From a virus, in IMG/VR virus record IMGVR_UViG_3300020030_000081, positions 1 to 6,035 of that record: a stretch of 6,035 nucleotides of DNA; one strand, 5' to 3'. Of the stretch, positions 1 through 4,954 are shown in pieces. The notes under the pieces were generated by a model that did no database searches, was not told the origin of the DNA, and saw nothing but the letters and a program-made list of their open reading frames with translations. The first letter of the stretch is position 1. The number at the start of each line of letters is the position of its first letter. The position numbers and the translations under genes were made by a program.

Positions 1-121
1 GCCTGCAGAGCCAAGAACAGCAGCCGGCGAAACGCCAGCTTTAAGATAACGATCGAAAACTTTCGTAGGGTCGTTATAAGCATTCTCATAGTCAAACTGC
101 TTTTGCCAGTTAGCATAATTA
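1..121. repeat. Terminal redundancy, an exact copy of 5915-6035 (overlap of a linearised circular contig)
   Basis: I compared the two 121-nt stretches base by base (gcctgcagagccaagaac...ccagttagcataatta) and found them identical. The - strand reading frame is continuous across the implied junction 1 -> 5914. Confidence 0.98.
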
Positions 122-321
122 ATCTCGCCCTGCTTCTGCATCTGCTCCAACGCATACTGCTGCTGAAGCTTCATTTGTTTTTGCTGATATTTCCACTGCC
201 TCTTGAGGGATGGCTTAAAAAGGCTGGAGGCGACCTGACCGCCAGCGGAAATAGCGGCAGAGCCAAGCATAGCACCCGTGGAGATGGGTTCGATGTAAGA
301 CTTAAAATCAATGAGTCGCAT
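1..321 (-). CDS. VP2: DNA pilot / minor capsid protein VP2, N-terminal 107 codons; continues across the circular junction into 5914->4955 (426 aa in total)
   Basis: ATG at 321-319, one nt after the TAA of the upstream ORF (TAAtATG). The same frame has a TAG at 363-361, so this is the first ATG. My hand translation is MRLIDFKSYIEPISTGAMLGSAAISAGGQVASSLFKPSLKRQWKYQQKQMKLQQQYALEQMQKQGEINYANWQKQFDYENAYNDPTKVFDRYLKAGVSPAAVLGSAG. It shows the Q/N-rich stretch followed by YNxP...R..KAG.xPA..LG that is typical of microvirus pilot proteins. The frame is open to base 1, which is why the ORF track does not list it. Confidence 0.85.
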   Translation of the reverse strand, partial: MRLIDFKSYIEPISTGAMLGSAAISAGGQVASSLFKPSLKRQWKYQQKQMKLQQQYALEQMQKQGEINYANWQKQFDYENAYNDPTKVFDRYLKAGVSPAAVLGSAG

Positions 322-322
322 A

Positions 323-514
323 TTACGGAAGCGAAAAATTGTTCGAGCGAATAATGTAGTCTACACGAACAGTATCAATATGAACACCTGCTCGAGCAAC
401 CTTAGCTTGTGCAGAACACGAAGCGAGAAAAAAGGCAGCCAACGCAGCAACGATAGACGAGACAAGCGTCCAAAACGCCTTCGACTTATAAAAAGGTTGT
501 TGGGTATCAGACAT
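323..514 (-). CDS. Small predicted lipoprotein precursor (63 aa; mature about 31 aa); function unknown, candidate lysis or superinfection-exclusion factor
   Basis: Internal ATG (514-512) of the 100-aa ORF in the track. Sequence MSDTQQPFYKSK-AFWTLVSSIVAALAAFF-LASC-SAQAK... has a Lys-containing n-region, a 17-residue hydrophobic core and a lipobox L-A-S-C with Cys33 (TGT, 418-416). TAA stop at 325-323, one nt before the VP2 start. Confidence 0.55.
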   Translation of the reverse strand: MSDTQQPFYKSKAFWTLVSSIVAALAAFFLASCSAQAKVARAGVHIDTVRVDYIIRSNNFSLP

Positions 515-545
515 GATAGTAAAATTTAAAGAACGATAGAAAAAT

Positions 546-616
546 GCGCGACCTCTCCTGCAGTCGTTACCAATAACCTCTAGCAATTCACGAACTCTTG
601 CAAGAGGGGTCCGCGC
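546..616 (-). terminator. GC-rich long-range stem followed by a T5 run on the sense strand; candidate intrinsic terminator or structured intergenic element
   Basis: gcgcgacctctc (546-557) pairs with gaggggtccgcgc (604-616). That gives 11 Watson-Crick pairs, one bulged C and one T.G (an A.C mismatch on the sense strand). On the sense strand the stem is followed directly by ATTTTTC (545-539). It lies in the 133-nt non-coding gap between the 98-aa ORF and the lipoprotein ORF. The enclosed loop of about 46 nt is large for a classical terminator. It also contains the perfect 12-nt palindrome ctcttgcaagag (595-606), which competes for the 3' arm. Confidence 0.35.
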
Positions 617-647
617 ACGTAGCATATATCGTCAAGTAAAGAATGTA

Positions 648-944
648 CTATTTTTCTTCAGAATCAGACGATTTTGAAGTAGGTTTAGCCTTATCGAGTT
701 GAGAATCAATAAGTTCCTGACCGACCTCAAGACCGTCAAACTTATCCATACGGGAAAACGAGTTAGGGTCAAAGTCGATATCAGGGTTAAACTTCTCTCC
801 CTTCTCGAAGTCAGAAGGCTCGACCGTCACGTCCGGACGACCAGGAAGAACATCGACAGAACCAGAACCATCGAGAACAGACAAAATACGCTGGCCGCGT
901 GAAACATAATCTTCGCGGTCTTCAATCATCCAATCTAATGCCAT
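648..944 (-). CDS. Hypothetical acidic 98-aa protein (possibly scaffolding-type; not recognised)
   Basis: ATG at 944-942, 11 nt after the VP1 stop; TAG at 650-648. Strongly acidic (many D/E, net negative) and not hydrophobic. Same strand and packing as the core genes. I recognise no diagnostic motif. Confidence 0.6.
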   Translation of the reverse strand: MALDWMIEDREDYVSRGQRILSVLDGSGSVDVLPGRPDVTVEPSDFEKGEKFNPDIDFDPNSFSRMDKFDGLEVGQELIDSQLDKAKPTSKSSDSEEK

Positions 945-955
945 AAGACGTAATA

Positions 956-2779
956 TTAACGGTTAGACAAACGAGTTGCAAAGGTTTTATTAATAAGGGT
1001 CTTCTTTTGAACAGCATAAGACATGTTCACAAAAAAATTATCCTCCATATCAGAAGCAAAAGGTGAATTAACCTGCGACAAATCAACAAAAAGAGCAGGT
1101 GCGTAATCAGCCTTCGATGGCCAATAGGAGCTCCAATTCAATTGACGCTGCTGCACCCAATAAGCATAAAGGGGGCGACCTCCAACATTTCCGGAGGTAC
1201 TAGCAATTTGACCCAAGACTTCATCATAAGAAGAACGAAACTCATTAAAGCAGGGTTCTTGCGAAAAAGTCGCCTCGATAAAGCCGCCAACAAGATTGCC
1301 AAAACGCCAATTAGGTACGCTCTGATATCCTATATCATTGTAAATCGGATTGAAGTAATCAGAGCCTCGATAATTCAAGTAGTCAGGCTTAATCTGCGAC
1401 CAGTAATAAACAGGTCGAATACTTAGCATATCAATCAAATAACCAGGTTCACGGAAGTAGTAAGACTGTCGGCGACCTAACCTATCATTGAAAGCGATAG
1501 AACCGCCCTGCTGACCGAGCGGACTGGATCCAGACTCGACGGCGAAATTATTCGGGCCGGCTTGATTCATAATAACCTGCACGTTAATAGTCTGAGAAGC
1601 GCTAAAGAGAAGCTTAGGGCGGTCTACATGCTCAATTTTAGAAGCAAAAAACGTTTCCAGCCAATCACTATAGCGGCTTCCTCCTGCACCGAGCAAATCT
1701 TTGTATTCCTGAAGACGAGAAGCAATGGCCAACTGTGGAATAGTTTGGACACCAACCATCGAAACGGCAGAACTACTACCAATAGGAAGGAGTCGACTAA
1801 ACCGGTCAGGATTAGACGGGATGGCGGCCATAGGATGAGCGAGATTAAAAATAATAGGCTCAGCGAGACCCTTTGTATCATCAATCGAATTAAATTGGTC
1901 AATAGGAGCCGACTTTCCCCAGACTTGAAGCGCGGTTGGTTGAGACGCAACCGGATAGCCGTCGCCGGAAGCACCAGCAGCCGCACCAGAAGAGGCAATA
2001 TCGGAAGCGATAATCTGCCGAAGCAAAGCAGAACGGCAATAAGTATTATTGGAAGATGCTACAGCTGCGGGGTAAAACTGACTCTCAAAATAAGCATCAA
2101 GGAATTCGATATTACCATAACGTTGGGTAAAATACGAATCCGAACCCGTCGAATTAAAAACGTAGGTGCCATTGGAAGCGGTAGAGTGGCCTGTTACGGT
2201 GTAATACCAGGAAGCGGGCCAAGCAAAGGAATAGAGTCCCCACTGCGAATAGCTATAATAATTTCGGACAATATCCCAATAAGCAAGATATGTATCAGCG
2301 TTAGCCCAAGTACCTCCAACAACACCCGAGGGAAGGGCAATACCGCTAGTTAAAGCAGGCGTAGTATAATCAATAGAACGGTTAGACACACGTAACCAAT
2401 ACATAAGTGAATTAGAAAAAGTCGCAGTAACAGAAGGAGTCGCACCAGTCGAAGGTACTCCCGGAATTGAGTTAATCCAGTTAAGACTCAGATTGTTCAT
2501 ATCAAACTTGCTGCTATTAGTCCTCAATTCAGGGTGATATAACTGCAGAGGCACCCAAAAACGATGAAGTCGAATTGTATAAGGGTTAAACGTCGGAACA
2601 GCAAGCGGATTGCTACGAACATCGATGCCTTGCTCAATAGAAACTCGGTCGCGGGCATTAATAAAGTCAATACGCACCGGATATAAAATACCCGGCGAAC
2701 ATGTAAAAGCTTTACTCTCGGGGACATCATAGCGAGAGTAGCCGTTTACAGCGTGTGAGATAAAGGGTTGTTTTCCCAT
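956..2779 (-). CDS. VP1: Microviridae major capsid protein (VP1 / phiX174 F-like), 607 aa
   Basis: Longest ORF, with ATG 2779-2777 and TAA 958-956. The N-terminus YDVPESKAFTCSPGILYPVRIDFINARDRV...VRSNPLAVPTFNPYTIRLHRFWVPLQLYHPEL follows the microvirus capsid pattern (S.fDlS....T...G.L.P......pgD....VR..P...P.......FFVP.R..W). The size and the position directly after Rep fit. Confidence 0.93.
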   Translation of the reverse strand: MGKQPFISHAVNGYSRYDVPESKAFTCSPGILYPVRIDFINARDRVSIEQGIDVRSNPLAVPTFNPYTIRLHRFWVPLQLYHPELRTNSSKFDMNNLSLNWINSIPGVPSTGATPSVTATFSNSLMYWLRVSNRSIDYTTPALTSGIALPSGVVGGTWANADTYLAYWDIVRNYYSYSQWGLYSFAWPASWYYTVTGHSTASNGTYVFNSTGSDSYFTQRYGNIEFLDAYFESQFYPAAVASSNNTYCRSALLRQIIASDIASSGAAAGASGDGYPVASQPTALQVWGKSAPIDQFNSIDDTKGLAEPIIFNLAHPMAAIPSNPDRFSRLLPIGSSSAVSMVGVQTIPQLAIASRLQEYKDLLGAGGSRYSDWLETFFASKIEHVDRPKLLFSASQTINVQVIMNQAGPNNFAVESGSSPLGQQGGSIAFNDRLGRRQSYYFREPGYLIDMLSIRPVYYWSQIKPDYLNYRGSDYFNPIYNDIGYQSVPNWRFGNLVGGFIEATFSQEPCFNEFRSSYDEVLGQIASTSGNVGGRPLYAYWVQQRQLNWSSYWPSKADYAPALFVDLSQVNSPFASDMEDNFFVNMSYAVQKKTLINKTFATRLSNR

Positions 2780-2782
2780 AAA

Positions 2783-3853
2783 TTAAATAATTAGTTGAAG
2801 GTTATAATGATTACTCCAGAACTGGAGAATATCTCGATTTAGCCAAGTAGGAGGGTCAAAGTCGGGCAACCTCCGAGAGGACGCGGAGAAACGCATTACT
2901 TGCTTCTGCTCCCAAACATACGACGCTCTACGGGATACGGCGGAATTGAGATTGAACCGCTCAACACACAAAGACACAATACGCTTAACCAAAGAAGACT
3001 TGCTAAAATGTGCGTAAGCATCAGCAGCGGTAATCGAGCGCATGACCTCGTCTTCCGGTTTAAGGTATCTAAGGTAGTATCGAGGAATCGCGTAGTTATA
3101 ATCGATATTCTTCTTACAGTCAAAATAAGACCACGTCGAAACACGAGCAGAAGGGCGAGGCATATAACCAAGGAAATCACCAACGCCAGCAGATACGAAT
3201 TTTCGCGTATAACGGCGATGTTGGAGGAGACAAGATAAAGACGTAAATTTTCCATCTACAGTAACATATTTGTCCGAAATTTCTTCGGGATTAAATTGAA
3301 TTTGCTTAGTAACATATTTGACGCAATATCGAGCGCGCTTGTGAGTAGCCTTCGATAGCCAAACAAAACCGAGGTCTCGAACAGCAGCACGAATCGTATT
3401 ATAGAAAACATTTGTGCCGAACAGAAAGCCGTGAAAATGCAATCGGGGCTCGCTTCCCGTCTCTGGATGGGTACCAAACTCCTGGAAAAAGGCATGTTTA
3501 AACGAATGGCCGAGTTTGTGCCGCAAACGCTCATTGAAACGACGAATGAATCGAGAAGGATCAAGCAGAGCTTCATTGTAATACTTGGGAGCAATCGTTA
3601 TTGTAATAAAAATAGCCTGCTGACTATTAGCCTTACAACAGGCAAGCTCGCGCTCCAGGCGAACAAACCAATCATTGCGCTGGCGACGCAAGCAGTCTTC
3701 ACACTTTCCACAAGGAACCATCAGCCATTGGCGGGCGATATCCCAGGGACGAAGAGCTAAAGCCGACTTAGCGACGTCAGAGCCATTACGACAAGGGTTC
3801 TTCTTGTCGAAATAGCGCCGGTTACGTATCCATATGGGAGACTGGCAAGCCAT
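2783..3853 (-). CDS. VP4: Rolling-circle replication initiator (VP4 / phiX174 A-like HUH endonuclease), 356 aa
   Basis: Motif 1 FITITI (3610-3593). HUH motif HFHGFLF (3439-3419). Tyrosine motif YCVKYVTK (3328-3305; compare phiX174 A protein YVAKYVNK). N-terminal PCGKCEDCLRRQRNDW block. I place the start at ATG 3853-3851 (MACQSPIWIRN...), two nt after the TAG of the upstream ORF. The start at 3874 in the track is a TTG. TAA at 2785-2783. Confidence 0.93.
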   Translation of the reverse strand: MACQSPIWIRNRRYFDKKNPCRNGSDVAKSALALRPWDIARQWLMVPCGKCEDCLRRQRNDWFVRLERELACCKANSQQAIFITITIAPKYYNEALLDPSRFIRRFNERLRHKLGHSFKHAFFQEFGTHPETGSEPRLHFHGFLFGTNVFYNTIRAAVRDLGFVWLSKATHKRARYCVKYVTKQIQFNPEEISDKYVTVDGKFTSLSCLLQHRRYTRKFVSAGVGDFLGYMPRPSARVSTWSYFDCKKNIDYNYAIPRYYLRYLKPEDEVMRSITAADAYAHFSKSSLVKRIVSLCVERFNLNSAVSRRASYVWEQKQVMRFSASSRRLPDFDPPTWLNRDILQFWSNHYNLQLII

Positions 3854-3855
3854 AA

Positions 3856-4053
3856 CTAGAACAGACTTTGACAATAATCGTATTTAGTGCCAGGAGCATA
3901 ATAACGGGAGTTTGCGACGTAATCCCTTGCATCCTGTTCGTACTCAAACCAGGCAACAACTATTCGTCGTTTTCCCGCGTATTTTCCAACGGACCACCGA
4001 AAAGAACGACCATCAATCACAGGAGAATATTTCAGAGCGTCATACGTGTCCAT
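3856..4053 (-). CDS. Hypothetical 65-aa protein; weak AP2-like DNA-binding signature
   Basis: ATG 4053-4051, TAG 3858-3856, abutting the Rep start (TAGttATG). The segment FRWSVGKYAGKRRIVVAWFEYEQDARDYV resembles the AP2-type pattern W.a.i...GK.i.lG.F.t.eeAa.aY. This is recognition by eye only. Confidence 0.55.
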   Translation of the reverse strand: MDTYDALKYSPVIDGRSFRWSVGKYAGKRRIVVAWFEYEQDARDYVANSRYYAPGTKYDYCQSLF

Positions 4054-4073
4054 AAAAATTTAGATATAAGGGC

Positions 4074-4100
4074 GATCGATTCGGCAAGCCGACTGCGATC
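4074..4100 (-). other. Interrupted hairpin in the non-coding spacer
   Basis: gatcg (4074-4078) pairs with cgatc (4096-4100). Inner stem tcgg(c) (4081-4085) pairs with (g)ccga (4088-4092). Small internal loop at/ctg. Non-coding region upstream of the 65-aa ORF. Confidence 0.45.
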
Positions 4101-4107
4101 AAATGGA

Positions 4108-4175
4108 GAAGCAGGCGCGGGGTCCCTTACCCACTTCGTGGGTGGCCACAGCCTTCGGCTGTCCGCACCTGCTTC
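4108..4175 (-). other. 68-nt three-way-junction element: 13-position closing stem plus two 6-bp hairpins with GAA triloops on the sense strand; candidate complementary-strand origin or structured RNA
   Basis: Closing stem 4108-4120 / 4163-4175 has 12 Watson-Crick pairs plus one position (4116/4167) that is C-A on the + strand and G.T on the sense strand. Hairpin 4129-4143 reads ACCCAC-GAA-GTGGGT on the sense strand. Hairpin 4148-4162 reads ACAGCC-GAA-GGCTGT on the sense strand. Visibly more GC-rich than its surroundings and non-coding. Confidence 0.6.
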
Positions 4176-4221
4176 GAAAACCAGTTAAAGAACTCTCCCA
4201 CCAAGAGGACGGGTCACTACT

Positions 4222-4545
4222 TTAGTGCCCTTTCCTTTCTTCTTTCGACGTGCTTTCATCATCAGTCAAATCAAAATCAAACATAAGAACGAGGGTGTTA
4301 TCGAAAAACTCGATCGCAAAATTCGGATACGAGATAAGAGCCGAGATCAGACCCAAAACAGAATGATGCTCGATACAGGGCGAATCAGAAACGCTAGAGC
4401 ACTCCAAATACTTTGAAAGAGGAGCAATCTTAAGAGTGTCAAGAGGAAGTGTCGTAAACTGACCATCTTCAAGACGGCCTACCTGGACAAGATCAACCTT
4501 AATGGCAGGGTTAATACGACGAATAACAACATGAATCTGTGTCAT
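4222..4545 (-). CDS. Hypothetical 107-aa protein with an acidic C-terminus
   Basis: ATG at 4545-4543 (MTQIHVVIRRINPAIKVDL...), TAA at 4224-4222. The start at 4623 in the track is a TTG that would add 26 hydrophobic residues. I prefer the ATG because the extension overlaps a better-looking frame (see 4553-4873). It sits between VP2 and VP4, where gokushoviruses carry the scaffold VP3, but I recognise no motif. Confidence 0.55.
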   Translation of the reverse strand: MTQIHVVIRRINPAIKVDLVQVGRLEDGQFTTLPLDTLKIAPLSKYLECSSVSDSPCIEHHSVLGLISALISYPNFAIEFFDNTLVLMFDFDLTDDESTSKEERKGH

Positions 4546-4552
4546 AACGATA

Positions 4553-4873
4553 TTATTTAAAATTATTTTGAAAGTTAATGCAAAAACGACGCCAAGCGAA
4601 AGACAATTTAAACCAAAAATCAAGGCCTTCGGGTGTGCGAGAGAATATAAAACTCATAGAAACAAGATCGCCTACGCCTACACGAGACGAAAGCAATACA
4701 CCTTGAATTCGATGACGAAGCACAGCTCAAAATGAACTATTGTGTTTCTCATCAAACCCGCAGTTTGATCTAAAAGCAGAAAATACACCTCGACAACGAA
4801 GCCACTCGACGAACAGGTAATCTACGGCATCGATTGACAATTCGGAAATAGTTGAAACCCTAGTCTTTTTCAT
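4553..4873 (-). CDS. Small ORF of 105 sense codons interrupted by a single in-frame TGA (48 aa + TGA + 57 aa); readthrough, recoding or recent pseudogene
   Basis: Hand translation from ATG 4873-4871: MKKTRVSTISELSIDAVDYLFVEWLRCRGVFSAFRSNCGFDEKHNSSF, then TGA (4729-4727), then in the same frame AVLRHRIQGVLLSSRVGVGDLVSMSFIFSRTPEGLDFWFKLSFAWRRFCINFQNNFK, then TAA (4555-4553). Both halves are below the apparent length cut-off of the ORF track. The F.(W/F)..TPEG.DFW..L...W block in the second half looks like a real protein motif. Confidence 0.35.
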
Positions 4874-4899
4874 GATAATGAGGTTATTGGTTTACGATG

Positions 4900-4907
4900 C
4901 AAAAATA
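4900..4907 (-). promoter_or_regulatory. Candidate Bacteroides-type -7 promoter element TATTTTTG (consensus TAnnTTTG)
   Basis: The + strand reads caaaaata at 4900-4907, which is TATTTTTG on the sense strand. It lies in the only A/T-tract spacer, about 27 nt upstream of the ATG at 4873. The nearest upstream TTTG elements are 8 or 26 nt away rather than the expected 19-21 nt, so the match is partial. Confidence 0.2.
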
Positions 4908-4954
4908 AGCAAAAACAAACAATCCGTAAAGTTCAAAAAGGTCGAAAAAGATGT

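Noticed and set aside
323-625. 100-aa version of the lipoprotein ORF starting at ATG 625 (MLRARTPLARVRELLEVIGNDCRRGRAFFYRSLNFTI-MSDT...)
   Set aside because: The 37-residue Arg-rich extension is simply the translation of the GC-rich stem region 546-616, which looks like a structural element. It would also bury the signal peptide behind a long n-region. I cannot exclude it, so it is noted as an alternative start.
1624-1998. Same-strand overlapping ORFs inside VP1, Rep and VP2: 1624-1998, 2524-2730, 2896-3255, 3256-3594, 5029-5214, 5296-5631 and 5644-5841. One of them is an 85-aa Leu-rich ORF from ATG 1881 (MIQRVSLSLLFLISLILWPPSRL...) that superficially resembles the phiX174 lysis protein E, which has a Leu-rich TM segment with Pro and is overprinted in the +1 frame.
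   Set aside because: All seven are in the +1 frame relative to their host gene. Their upper coordinates are congruent to 0 mod 3, against 1 mod 3 for VP1, Rep and VP2. This points to a genome-wide compositional cause: few NTA codons means few +1 stops. It does not point to specific overprinted genes. Several start only with TTG. Overprinting is real in Microviridae, so synonymous-site conservation in relatives would be the test, but nothing in this single sequence supports any of them.
1562-2353. Long + strand ORFs antisense to the core genes: 263 aa at 1562-2353 opposite VP1 and 265 aa at 4967-5764 opposite VP2. Smaller ones lie at 103-354, 311-529, 699-902, 1142-1426, 2900-3238, 3431-3760, 3868-4188, 4225-4416 and 5631-5963.
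   Set aside because: Both long ORFs are exactly codon-aligned with the - strand gene: 1562-956 and 4967-4955 are both multiples of 3. An antisense stop in that frame requires a sense TTA, CTA or TCA codon, and these genes evidently avoid those codons. The translations are low-complexity (R/S/N/I-rich) with no recognisable motif. Every strong homology signal is on the - strand.
3854-3874. Rep start at 3874 as listed in the ORF track, which overlaps the 65-aa ORF by 19 nt
   Set aside because: Codon 3874-3872 is TTG, not ATG. The first ATG (3853-3851) gives MACQSPIWIRN... and sits two nt after the upstream stop, matching the stop/start packing seen at the other gene junctions.
4108-4175. Possible tRNA or known ribozyme in the GC-rich structured element
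   Set aside because: The architecture does not fit a cloverleaf. It has a 13-position closing stem and only two hairpins, with no 7-bp acceptor plus D, anticodon and T arms and no GTTCRANNC T-loop. No hammerhead core (CUGANGA...GAAA) or other ribozyme core that I recognise is present.
4536-4564. AT-rich segment gtcataa-cgata-ttatttaaaat. It resembles a dif/XerCD site (E. coli dif is GGTGCGCATAA-TGTATA-TTATGTTAAAT). On the + strand it also resembles part of the phiX174 origin core (GATATTAATAAC).
   Set aside because: About 9 of 11 positions match in one arm, only CATAA matches in the other, and the spacer is 5 nt rather than 6. I do not know the dif consensus of the likely host. The origin-like match is on the strand opposite to the genes, whereas Rep nicks the viral strand. 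Matches of this quality are expected by chance in short A/T-rich sequence, and the segment overlaps a stop codon and a start codon. It would be worth a search against host dif sites only if prophage copies are found.
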